A stretch of 64,000 nucleotides of DNA, taken from assembly GCA_021801225.1 (NCBI GenBank), contig JAJYYF010000012.1:125027-189026 (forward strand), read 5' to 3'. The position numbers were made by a program, and so were the translations under genes. The DNA comes from Candidatus Micrarchaeota archaeon (GTDB taxonomy: Archaea > Micrarchaeota > Micrarchaeia > Micrarchaeales > CABMGC01). The notes beneath the pieces were generated by a model. That model was not told where the DNA came from and did not search any database. It saw nothing but the letters and a program-made list of their open reading frames with translations. Shown piece by piece: positions 1 through 8,398 of this stretch (positions are counted from its first letter, which is position 1; each line of letters begins with the position of its first letter).

Positions 1-234
1 AACAGGTTTGAATTCTTGGAATCAGGAGTAAAGCCTTGATATTAAAGTCATAATCTTTCGTTATTAGAAGTTAGACTTCGGAAATTGATGGCTCTTACAT
101 GTGTCGGATTTCTTCAGATGTATAAAGCCCTAGAAGGTCTTACCAATTTTAGTTAGTATCTATATTAAAATACCATTTTAAAATTTCTTTAGTTTTTGGT
201 TATAATTGCAGTTCATTTTTTTGTTGAATTGTTT

Positions 235-429
235 TCAACCTTTTTTAACTTTTTTATTCTCCTTCTTTTTGTCTTTTATGTAAAAGTATATCATAATTAT
301 AATAAAGATTATCCACAATAGAGTAAGTAAATGACTAATTAATGGAGGTGCGATTAGATCTAAAAAAATCAAAATACAAAGAAAAAAAACAATAGAAACT
401 ACTACGTTAACTTCAGAAACCACAATCAC
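235..429 (-). CDS. hypothetical small membrane protein
   Basis: 64-aa ORF with two hydrophobic segments and a K/E-rich tail. No recognisable family; may be spurious in AT-rich DNA. Confidence 0.2.
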   Translation of the reverse strand: MIVVSEVNVVVSIVFFLCILIFLDLIAPPLISHLLTLLWIIFIIIMIYFYIKDKKKENKKVKKG

Positions 430-557
430 ACCGCTATTACCCTATACATAGTCGCTTTTTGTATTGTATATGATTTTCCCATAGTTAGTATTTGTTATGG
501 ATACCTATTTATATTTTTATTATGGGGATTTCAACCCGATTACGCTCAAAAACCTTT

Positions 558-670
558 AGCCCTGAGAGGGAATTGGACCCTCGACCTCTTGTTTTCCTGA
601 TTAGGTTTTGATGAAACTTTTTCTAAAAGTTTCTTACAAGACAAGCGCTCTACCACTGAGCTACCAGGGC
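558..670 (-). tRNA. tRNA-Thr: tRNA-Thr(UGU), copy 1, with about 41-nt intron at 37/38
   Basis: Hand-folded on the minus strand. Acceptor GCCCTGG/TCAGGGC (one G-U); D arm GCTC-AGTGGTA-GAGC; anticodon stem CTTGT/ACAAG; loop CTTGTA..A with anticodon TGT. T arm GAGGG-TCCAATT-CCCTC, which is a perfect stem but has C at position 55. Discriminator T. The insert contains the hairpin GAAAC/GTTTC, and CAGG can pair with the anticodon loop in a bulge-helix-bulge-like arrangement. Confidence 0.8.
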
Positions 671-837
671 ACGATATAATCTATTTCTCATTAACCTATA
701 AAAATATATCTACATATGTTCATAACTTACTTTTACTCTATTCTTTTCTGAGTTCTATCAACCGTAAAAACTTCATGTCTTTCAGGTTTTAAGTTTCTGA
801 TAATATATGATATGGCTTTTTCAGGATCTGCACTTCC
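634..837. repeat. dispersed duplication, copy A (tRNA-Thr 5' exon, promoter, SpeH-like 3' end)
   Basis: 47 nt are identical to 4038-4084 (ttacaagacaagcgctctaccactgagctaccagggcacgatataat). Clearly alignable, by eye roughly 80% similar, sequence continues through cttataaaaatatat to gctttttcaggatctgcacttcc. Confidence 0.85.
695..709 (-). promoter_or_regulatory. putative TATA box/BRE for tRNA-Thr copy 1
   Basis: Minus-strand atatatttttatagg lies about 26-30 nt upstream of tRNA position 1. The same element is conserved upstream of copy 2. Confidence 0.4.
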
Positions 838-1134
838 CAACCTACCTCCCTCTATGTCTAGTTCTTCCATATTTTTTTGCCACAAATGTACATACCCCAA
901 TGATATTATTAGTTTGTTTATCAACAGCTACAAATATGAATTCGTTTGTATTGTGCTTAGAAAAAATGTTCTCATAAGTTTTAACGGATTTAGAAGATTT
1001 TAGTTTATTAGAACCGGTATATTTGCTGAATCCCGTTTTAATCCCTCATTAAAAAAGTTTATTATGCCTTTTCCATCTCCTTTTTTTGCAATACGTATAT
1101 TTTTATGAAGTTCAACCATATAGATCAGCGTTGG
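733..1134 (-). pseudogene. decayed copy of the SpeH-like (AdoMetDC-fold) gene
   Basis: The C-terminal about 35 aa (GSADPEKAISYIIRNLKPERHEVFTVDRTQKRIE) closely match the end of the 4143-4607 product. Upstream, homologous pieces (LIYMVELH..., INFFNEGLKRDSANI) lie in other frames and are separated by stop codons. Confidence 0.65.
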
Positions 1135-1274
1135 TCAATAAACTTGGAATAAGACACATTGGGTCTGGTGCAAGAAGATCTCCAGTATTGTACAATGCTC
1201 TAGCATACACCCTCCACACATATCTTTGAATTTACATGTTGCATAATCTCAAGTAAATTTTTTTATTAGCGTAG

Positions 1275-1673
1275 GAAAATATCCCGACTGCTTGCAGCGG
1301 GGTTACAAATTTTGAAACTGCAACTTTAAACAACTTCGCTGATAATATATATTGTGAGGTTTCTCACGCTAAACACAAAGTCTACAAAATAAGATATCAC
1401 ATTGTGATACGCGTCAAATATAGACAGAAGCAATTGTACCTCAACGATAGAATCGCTTTTCTGAAAGAGATATTATCTGAAATATCTAAACGTTACGACA
1501 TAAAATTTAACATAATAGGTACAGACGGAGACCACATGCACCTCTTTGTTAATGCACCTCCAAGATACTCACCGTTTGAAATCATCAGAGTAGTAAAGAC
1601 TATTACTGCTAGAAAAATAGTAGAGAGGTTTCCAGAAATCAAGAAAGACTCATGGGGAGGCGAATTCTGGGGT
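1275..1673 (+). mobile_element. tnpA: IS200/IS605-family TnpA (Y1 HUH transposase) fragment, no canonical start, C-terminally truncated
   Basis: The frame is open from 1275 and reads ...SHAKHKVYKIRYHIVIRVKYRQK...DGDHMHLFVNAPPRYSPFEIIRVVKTITARKIVERFPEIKKDSWGGEFWG. This is the typical TnpA N-terminal strand, HxH (HUH) motif and WGGEFW block. There is no ATG/GTG/TTG upstream of the conserved N-terminus, and the usual C-terminal part with the catalytic Tyr is missing. Confidence 0.7.
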
Positions 1674-2360
1674 GATGTTGGATGTTTTAGTATGCAAGCA
1701 AATAAGCCTGTTTTTGCTGGAGAAGGCGGATTTCTCATCACAAATAATCAAGAGATATATGAAAGAGCAATATTGTTGGGTCATTCTGGAAAGAAAGCTA
1801 AAGAGGTTGTTAAGTCAAATAAATATAAGAAATTTGCAGAAACTGGCTACGGTTTAAAATACCGAATACACCCATTGGCAGCAGTAATTGCTAATATGCA
1901 ATTTAAAAAACAAGACAATATATTAAAACAATGCGAAAAAAATATCCAATATTATAAAAAAGAACTTAAAAAATTTAAATTCTTAATTCCTGAAGAAAAC
2001 GAATTTGGAACAGGACAAAGGTCCTATTTTAGCTTTGTTTTAAAATACAATAAAAAAATACTTAACAATTTATCTAGAGACGACTTAATTACACAGATGC
2101 TAGCCAAAGGAATTCAGGTAAGAAATGATTATGTATCGATTAACCCGCTGCATTTGCAAAAACTCTTTCAGATAAAAAATGATGCACAGTACTTATACGG
2201 TCAAAAGCCACAAAAATTAGTTTATAAAAAAGGGGATTTTCCAATCTCGGAAAAATATATGGAAGATACAATCCATTTACCTCCATTCGTGAAACCTTCA
2301 AAAGACATAATTGATTATTATATTAGTGCTCTTGAAAAAATTGAAATGAAATACACATAA
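1674..2360 (+). pseudogene. C-terminal half of a DegT/DnrJ/EryC1/StrS-type PLP aminotransferase, fused in frame to the TnpA fragment
   Basis: GDVGCFSMQANKPVFAGEGGFLITNNQEIYERA matches the PLP-lysine region (SF..xK....GEGG) of sugar aminotransferases. The N-terminal half of the fold is absent. Confidence 0.65.
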
Positions 2361-2386
2361 GCAAATATATTTTGCTATTAATAGAA

Positions 2387-2929
2387 TCAAATAGGCTTTG
2401 GATATGTTTTTAAGATATCCTCTGCCTTCTTCAAAAAAGCAGTGTCACTCTTATTCGAGAATCGCTCACCAGGCCCTTCATTCGGGTTTGTACTCATTAA
2501 TTTTAGTGCATCTCTAAAGCTTTCCACCCATACCATTTCTAATCCAGCTGCAACTTCATATTTATCTAGTTTTGGCTTGTTAGGCTTGCCGATAGTATGT
2601 GCCAAGAAACAGTAGACCATTTTAATCAACTTTGATGTATTCCGATATTGTATGTTGAAGCCTACACCACGATCTATCTCTATATTATAACCTATCTCTT
2701 CCAACATTTCTCTTTTAAGCGCCTCTTCAGGATTTTCACCTTCCTCCAGCCCCCCACCTGGGACTTCGTATGATTTATCCCTAGAAGAATACATTAATAC
2801 AAACCTACCTTTATGATTCAATACAATTGCTCTGGCCTCTTTTCTTAGTCTATATTCACTCGCATCTCCCGGCTTCAAACCAACTTCCTCTTCTGTAAGC
2901 TCTTTCAATAATTCTAGAGTATATTTCAT
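2387..2929 (-). CDS. NUDIX hydrolase
   Basis: Nudix box GGGLEEGENPEEALKREMLEEIGY. The likely start is the second Met (MKYTLELL) at 2929, preceded by the SD-like GGTGAG; the longest ORF extends to 2959. Confidence 0.8.
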   Translation of the reverse strand: MKYTLELLKELTEEEVGLKPGDASEYRLRKEARAIVLNHKGRFVLMYSSRDKSYEVPGGGLEEGENPEEALKREMLEEIGYNIEIDRGVGFNIQYRNTSKLIKMVYCFLAHTIGKPNKPKLDKYEVAAGLEMVWVESFRDALKLMSTNPNEGPGERFSNKSDTAFLKKAEDILKTYPKPI

Positions 2930-2992
2930 TAACTCACCAAGATAATATAAACACTGCAAAAAGATTAATACTCTTCCTTTACCAAATAGAGT

Positions 2993-3620
2993 TTATACAT
3001 CTATAATATGGAGTTTCTTATGATGTTTCCTTATCCTTTTCAAGAATGACATGTAAGAATTCGAATTAATTCTACGATTCAGTTTCGTATAGTGCTTTCT
3101 GAATCCTAATGCAGCAAATGCACATGTCTTCTGATAGGGATTCCAAATGTATTTTCTAGTAGGTCTGGATCCGATTTTGTACCATCAACGTGTGAAATAT
3201 GAGGTTAATGGGAAAATTGCCTCATCCAAAAAGAAGATCGCATATCCAGCTTTATTAAGTTTCTCAATTATTCGTTTGAGTTTTTTTTAAATTTCGACTG
3301 CAATTCTTTGTTTGCCCTCAGATGTTCTGGTCTTGGTCGCTGTATCGAAAATCCAAAACTATTCATCAAGTTGTATATTTGTCGCAGTACGTACATTACA
3401 CCGAATTTCTTTTTTATCACGTACTGTACAAGTTTTGATGTCCATGTCACGAATGGTAAATCTTGTTTCTGAGGCGAACTTTCTACTATCTTCTTCAATT
3501 GAATTTTCTGTCTGCAGCTCAACTTTGGCGGTTGACCATTTTGCTTTACTGCATATCTTCCTTCTAATCCCTTAAATTCAAAACGTCTCAGAGTGTCACT
3601 TATAGTCCGAATCGCCCAAG
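2993..3620 (-). mobile_element. IS630/Tc1-mariner-like transposase pseudogene (frameshift, internal stop, 3' truncation)
   Basis: HTH part: AIRTISDTLRRFEFKGLEGR...GQPPKLS...VTWTSKLVQYVIKKKFGVMYVLRQIYNLMNSFGFSIQRPRP. After a frameshift comes the DDE part: AIFFLDEAIFPLTSYFTR*WYKIGSRP...NSNSYMSFLKRIRKHHKKLHIIDV*. It ends just before the second catalytic Asp region. Confidence 0.65.
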
Positions 3621-3955
3621 AACTTTGTGTCATATTGAATGACAAAATTCTTCTCAACGTAAGGGAATAGATCAAAGAAAGGTTGTGAATCATGCACGTT
3701 CGCAGGCAGCACAATTTCAGTTAATGGCAGACCGATTTCACAGTCCTGAATGAGGCGCAGTTTGTACCCGAAGACCTATGCTTTCTCCTTCTTGTCCTTT
3801 CCAGTCATCTCATTCAACCGCTGCTCTCTTTTCTTCTGTGTTCTATGTCCAAGTTTTGTCTCAGTGTCTTTTTTCGTGTAGAATGCCGGCATTTCGGTGA
3901 TGTCTTCGCCAATTAGCTTCAGCACATTTCCTTTACATTCCTCTTTGCTTTTAAT
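3600..3955 (-). mobile_element. IS4/IS5-like DDE transposase fragment with internal stop
   Basis: Minus-strand frame reads ...PAFYTKKDTETKLGHRTQKK...KA*VFGYKLRLIQDCEIGLPLTEIVLPANVHDSQPFFDLF...FLGDSDYK*. The FGYK.H and T.AN.HD blocks are typical of DDE_Tnp_1-type transposases. Boundaries are approximate. Confidence 0.5.
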
Positions 3956-3966
3956 TCTACATATAT

Positions 3967-4074
3967 TGCCCTAGGAGGAAATTGAACCAACGACCTCTTG
4001 TTTTCCTGTGTTCTTGATTAAACTTCTTTCAAGAAGTTTACAAGACAAGCGCTCTACCACTGAGCTACCAGGGC
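3967..4074 (-). tRNA. tRNA-Thr: tRNA-Thr(UGU), copy 2, with about 36-nt intron
   Basis: The 5' exon is identical to copy 1. The intron contains the hairpin AACTTCTT/AAGAAGTT, and ACAGG can pair with the anticodon loop. The 3' exon is ACAAG-AGGTC-GTTGG-TTCAATT-TCCTC-CTAGGGC-A, so the T loop is canonical but the T stem has two central mismatches. Discriminator A. Confidence 0.65.
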
Positions 4075-4244
4075 ACGATATAATGTATTTGTTATTAACT
4101 TATAAAAATATATCTACTTGTGTCTAATATGTAATAGTTTTATTATACTCGTTTCTGAGTCCTATCTGCTGTAAAAATCTCATGTCTTTCTGGTCTAAAA
4201 TTCTTAATTACATACATTATTGCTTTTTCAGGATCTGCACTTCC
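4038..4244. repeat. dispersed duplication, copy B
   Basis: Partner of 634-837; see that entry. Confidence 0.85.
4099..4113 (-). promoter_or_regulatory. putative TATA box/BRE for tRNA-Thr copy 2
   Basis: cttataaaaatatat occupies the same position relative to the tRNA as in copy 1. Confidence 0.4.
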
Positions 4245-4607
4245 TCCTGTGATAAAAATATCAATTGTTGCGTATTCATAACTTATCCATGTATGCAGTG
4301 CAACATGTCCTTCTTGCAATAAACCCAACATACTAGTACAACTTTTGGGTGTGCTTTGCGGATATACTTTTATCTCTGAAAATCCAATATTCCCTTCAGA
4401 AAGAGCCTCTTCAAGTATTTTTTTAACAAACTCCTTATTACTTATTGTTAATTTATCTATTTTGTATAAATTAGCCATTAAGTGCTTTCCAACTACTCTG
4501 TCATCTTGTATTACTCTAAAACCTTCCTTTAAAGATACATTCTCAGAAGTTTTTATTGTATCTTTTGTTTTAGAGGTTTTTTCTTTGTTACTTTTAAAAA
4601 TGCCCAT
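4143..4607 (-). CDS. SpeH-like S-adenosylmethionine decarboxylase-fold protein lacking the pyruvoyl-forming Ser
   Basis: VVGKHLMANLYKID...LGLLQEGHVALHTWISYEYATIDIFITGGSADPEKA aligns with prokaryotic AdoMetDC (..[26 protein letters not shown]..). It has EGH instead of ESH and ITGG instead of FTCG. Confidence 0.7.
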   Translation of the reverse strand: MGIFKSNKEKTSKTKDTIKTSENVSLKEGFRVIQDDRVVGKHLMANLYKIDKLTISNKEFVKKILEEALSEGNIGFSEIKVYPQSTPKSCTSMLGLLQEGHVALHTWISYEYATIDIFITGGSADPEKAIMYVIKNFRPERHEIFTADRTQKRV

Positions 4608-4710
4608 TTATTTCATATAATATAAAATAAAAGAATTTAATTAAGTTACTGTTAAGCCTACTTTATACTATATATTTTTTATTTTTTAATTTATACATTA
4701 TACTGATAAA

Positions 4711-6816
4711 ATGCTTTTAAAAGATCTTTCTGGGAAGTTACCTTCGGAGTTAATAGAATCTGCAAATACTAGAGGTATTAAGGAGCTCACTCCACCACAA
4801 GAAGATGCGGTAAAAAAGGGACTTCTGGATAGTAAAAACTTAGTGATTGCTTCTCCAACAGCTAGCGGTAAGACCTTCATAGCTGAGATAGCTATAATCA
4901 AAACAGTGCTTTGGGAAAGGAAGAAAGCTATCTATATAGCACCAATGCGTGCACTAGTTAGTGAAAAGTTCAACGAGTTCAAAGCACTTTATCCATACTT
5001 AAAGATAGCTGTATCTATGGGCGAGCTAGACTCGATGGACGACTGGCTAGAACAATACGATATAATATTTATCTCAACAGAAAAACTAGATAGCTTAATA
5101 CGCCACGGAATAAACTGGTTAAGCAGAGTCGGAGCTATAATAATAGACGAGCTCCATATGTTGGGAGAATCAGGAAGGGGTCCTACTCTAGAAATACTAA
5201 TAACTAGATTACAAAGAGAGTGTAAAGAAGCACAAAAAATTTACTTATCTGCAACAGTTGGAAATGCTGAAGAAATGTCTCAATGGTTAAAATCAGAGCT
5301 TGTTTTCAGTGAGTATCGTCCAGTTCCTTTGCAAAAAGGAATAGTTGTTGAAAGTAAGGTGTTTTATGGTGAGGAAAGCGAAGCCCTTAAAGGCAGTAAT
5401 AAAATACCTGAACTTAGGGTAGTAGAAGATACATTAAGTAGAGATAAACAAATATTGATTTTTTATTCATCTAAAAGAAATACAGAAGCAGGAAGCGAAA
5501 AACTTTCTAAGGTAATAAAACCTAAACTTACAAAAGAAGAAAATGAGTACTTAGAAGATTTATCTAAAAAAATACTCAATGTTTTAAGTAAGCCAACACC
5601 TCAATGTGAAAAGTTATCTAATGTTATTAAATCTGGCGCGGCTTTTCATCATAGTGGTCTTGTAAATACTCAGAGATCATTAGTCGAAGAAGCTTTTAGA
5701 AACGGTTATATTAAGGGCATATGTTCAACAACAACATTGGGAGTAGGTGTTAATCTACCTGCAAATACAGTTTTAATAAGGGATATAACTAGATTTTCAC
5801 AAAGCGAAGGAGCCTCACGTATGAATATAAATGAAGCAACTCAACTTTTGGGAAGAGCTGGTAGGCCAAAGTACGATAAATACGGAAGAGGTTTGATATT
5901 AGGCAAAACAGAATCAGAAGCGAAAGATCTTTTTAATTATTATGTAACGGGGGAATTAGAACCCATAAACTCTAATTTAGGTTATATGCCATCATTACGT
6001 TCACATATACTTTCATTTATTGCTTCTGGTTTTCTAAGCATGGAGGACTCAATTATTTCATTTCTTAGTGAGACATTTTATAACTTTACTGGAGCGGGAA
6101 TTTCAAGTTTAAAAACAATTGTTCGTGATGTTTTAGACCAATTAGAAAGTTGGGAGTTCATAGAACAACTCAATACAAAATATACTCCTACAAAATTGGG
6201 CAAAAGAGTAAGCGAACTTTACATAGATCCAGTTTCAGCTAGGTGGATAGTCAAATCACTGCCTAGATTAACTGACGAGGTATCTATGTTGTTTATGATT
6301 TGCAATACCTCAGAAATGAGACCATATACAAAAACAACAGAAGAAGCGGAAGACCTACTTCCTAAATACTCTGATATGATTGAACAATATGAACCTTTTG
6401 GAGGAGAGTTTTATGACATTTACAAACCATTTAGTACTGCACTAATGTTTAATGATTGGATAAATGAAACAGGGGAAAATGGAATAATGTTAAAATATAA
6501 AGAAACTCCTGGATCATTATTTTCAAAAACAAACAATGCTGATTGGCTACTTTATTCTAGTATAGAACTTTCTAGAATTCTTCATATAGGTTCGGCTAAA
6601 CTCCTAGAGCTTAGGGTAAGAGTAAAGTATGGAATAAAGAAAGAGTTACTTGACTTGACAAGGCTAGAACAGGTAGGAAGAGTCAGGGCGCGATTATTGT
6701 TCAATGCAGGAATAAAAACAGTTTCTGATTTAAGGAAAGAAGCTTCAAAACAAAAAGTAGAGCGTTTATTTGGAAAAGAAATAGCTAAAAAAATACTAGA
6801 ACAAACAATCAGTTAA
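4711..6816 (+). CDS. hel308: Hel308/Ski2-like DNA helicase
   Basis: Walker A SPTASGKT, DELH box (IIDELHMLG), SAT, and helicase C motifs (HHSGL, TTTLGVGVNLPA, LLGRAGRP). The C-terminal winged-helix/ratchet/HhH region is typical of archaeal Hel308. 701 aa. Confidence 0.9.
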   Translation: MLLKDLSGKLPSELIESANTRGIKELTPPQEDAVKKGLLDSKNLVIASPTASGKTFIAEIAIIKTVLWERKKAIYIAPMRALVSEKFNEFKALYPYLKIAVSMGELDSMDDWLEQYDIIFISTEKLDSLIRHGINWLSRVGAIIIDELHMLGESGRGPTLEILITRLQRECKEAQKIYLSATVGNAEEMSQWLKSELVFSEYRPVPLQKGIVVESKVFYGEESEALKGSNKIPELRVVEDTLSRDKQILIFYSSKRNTEAGSEKLSKVIKPKLTKEENEYLEDLSKKILNVLSKPTPQCEKLSNVIKSGAAFHHSGLVNTQRSLVEEAFRNGYIKGICSTTTLGVGVNLPANTVLIRDITRFSQSEGASRMNINEATQLLGRAGRPKYDKYGRGLILGKTESEAKDLFNYYVTGELEPINSNLGYMPSLRSHILSFIASGFLSMEDSIISFLSETFYNFTGAGISSLKTIVRDVLDQLESWEFIEQLNTKYTPTKLGKRVSELYIDPVSARWIVKSLPRLTDEVSMLFMICNTSEMRPYTKTTEEAEDLLPKYSDMIEQYEPFGGEFYDIYKPFSTALMFNDWINETGENGIMLKYKETPGSLFSKTNNADWLLYSSIELSRILHIGSAKLLELRVRVKYGIKKELLDLTRLEQVGRVRARLLFNAGIKTVSDLRKEASKQKVERLFGKEIAKKILEQTIS

Positions 6817-7103
6817 GGTATTTGTCAAATTTTTTATTCAAAAATGCAATCTAAAACTTCACATTATTCATATTCACATATTTAATAATTTATTATTAAG
6901 CAACACATACTAAATATGGAGTTTAAAACCTGTAGATAAGAGTCAGAATATATAAAACATATATTTTGGATATAGATATTATCCTAGCTGTATAAGAAAA
7001 CCACTCTGTTTAACTGAATGAAGCCTTCATAAACTATGTATATCTCTAGCTACACTGCTTTCCGAAAGACTTTAATAGTTAATTATTATCATTATATTAT
7101 ACT

Positions 7104-7111
7104 AAGGCGAT
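7104..7111 (+). promoter_or_regulatory. SD-like octamer AAGGCGAT, 3 nt upstream of the sepF ATG
   Basis: The same octamer at the same spacing occurs upstream of ftsZ at 45053-45060. Confidence 0.35.
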
Positions 7112-7114
7112 AGC

Positions 7115-7489
7115 ATGGGAATATTTGATAAACTAGGAAATGCAATGGGTAGCTCATCTAAAGGGATCAATATAGAAGACTATATGAACTCTGCGGAAAT
7201 GGAAGATGTTGATGTTCTTCACGAACCTGCTGACATGTACATAAAACCTGTAACTGCAAGCAGCGAAAGTGATGCGGAACTTATACAAGAAGAGATCTCA
7301 AAAGGAAATATAATACTACTTGATATATCCGAGCTTAACAAGAGACCAACAACAAGAAACAACATAATTTCAAAGCTAAAAACCTATTGCGATAAAATAA
7401 ATGGGGATATAGGTCAAATAGATGAATCAAGAGTTTTGTTAACTCCTTCAAAAGTTAAAATAATAAAAAGAAAGAAATCAAGCAAATAA
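7115..7489 (+). CDS. sepF: cell division protein SepF (archaeal type)
   Basis: N-terminal amphipathic MGIFDKLGNAM. The core MYIKPVTASSESDAELIQEEISKGNIILLDISEL...INGDIGQIDESRVLLTPSKVKI matches the archaeal SepF/DUF552 pattern. 124 aa. Confidence 0.85.
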   Translation: MGIFDKLGNAMGSSSKGINIEDYMNSAEMEDVDVLHEPADMYIKPVTASSESDAELIQEEISKGNIILLDISELNKRPTTRNNIISKLKTYCDKINGDIGQIDESRVLLTPSKVKIIKRKKSSK

Positions 7490-7660
7490 TTTATTAATAA
7501 CAAAACAAATCCTTCCTCTTTATTTTATTTTTGATTATTCTTTTTCTAATTTTTTTAATTTAATTCAATTTATCCTTATATGAATCAATTTATATCTTAT
7601 AAAAAGTATTAGTATTCAAACTTTTAAAATAAAAAAAAATAAAATTGCAAAACAATGCTA

Positions 7661-7834
7661 TTATTGTATTTCTTCTACTGCAGCTGTTGCTTGTTCCTCA
7701 GTTATGCCTGCGCATATTGAGCAAACCTTCGCATGTTCTGCTGCTTTCTTTATTACTTCTTGCCTTTCAGGTGCTATAGCCTCAAAGCTACATTCTTTTC
7801 CTAATTTTTTTGCTGTTATTTTGTATGTTGGCAT
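7661..7834 (-). CDS. small DUF1059-like protein (57 aa; below the ORF-track cutoff)
   Basis: Hand translation: MPTYKITAKKLGKECSFEAIAPERQEVIKKAAEHAKVCSICAGITEEQATAAVEEIQ. It has the K..C......C.F......eE.....a.eHa pattern of DUF1059 small proteins. Confidence 0.5.
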   Translation of the reverse strand: MPTYKITAKKLGKECSFEAIAPERQEVIKKAAEHAKVCSICAGITEEQATAAVEEIQ

Positions 7835-7950
7835 CTTTTCACCGAGTTTATATTAGATGAAATATTATTTAAATATATGTAATAATTTCATATGTAATAA
7901 ATTCATATTATTTTAAGATATATTTTAATATCTTATCCTATTAAATAATA

Positions 7951-8385
7951 TTGGTTAAACTTATGGATCATCAAAAAGAAGAAAAAAACAATATCTTCGA
8001 AATAATTAGCAGCAGGAGTAAAATAAAAATACTTTCTGCAATACTAGATGGTCCACTTTCAGTTAATAAAATAGTCAATAAGACTAAAATTGAACAAACA
8101 AATGTATCTCACATACTAAACTCTTTACTGGATGCAAAGGTCGTTAATCAAAAGATAAAAGGCAGAACACACGAATACTCTATAAATACTAATCTTAAGC
8201 CTTTAATAAAAAAACTTTTATTAGATATAAAGAAAAATGAAGATTTATTTAAAAAAGCAGGAATACTTACCGTTATTCTATTTTTAACTATTAGATATGT
8301 TCCATCAGGAGACATTCTTGGTTTTTTTAGTAATTCCTACAACCTACTAATACAAAATAACTCTTTCTTTGCCTCTCTTTTTTGA
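7951..8385 (+). CDS. ArsR-family winged-helix regulator with C-terminal hydrophobic segment
   Basis: IFEIISSRSKIKILSAILDGPLSVNKIVNKTKIEQTNVSHILNSLLDAKVVNQKIKGRTHEYSIN fits the ArsR/SmtB HTH. An ATG at 7963 is an alternative start. Confidence 0.6.
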   Translation: MVKLMDHQKEEKNNIFEIISSRSKIKILSAILDGPLSVNKIVNKTKIEQTNVSHILNSLLDAKVVNQKIKGRTHEYSINTNLKPLIKKLLLDIKKNEDLFKKAGILTVILFLTIRYVPSGDILGFFSNSYNLLIQNNSFFASLF

Positions 8386-8398
8386 TTACTTATCCTAA

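Noticed and set aside
812-1003. 63-aa plus-strand ORF
   Set aside because: It is antisense to the decayed SpeH-like pseudogene and is a low-complexity translation.
1493-1857. ORFs 1493-1741 (minus) and 1672-1857 (plus)
   Set aside because: They are alternative-frame or antisense ORFs inside the TnpA/DegT chimera, where the recognisable homology is in the 1404-2360 frame.
3312-3575. 87-aa plus-strand ORF
   Set aside because: It is antisense to the IS630-like fragment and has no motifs.
3268-3714. 148-aa ORF taken at face value as an intact gene
   Set aside because: Only the C-terminal about 110 residues look like an IS630 HTH region. The N-terminal about 40 residues are an out-of-frame read-through of an IS4/IS5-like fragment, and the DDE part downstream is frameshifted, interrupted and truncated. 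It is treated as a pseudogene.
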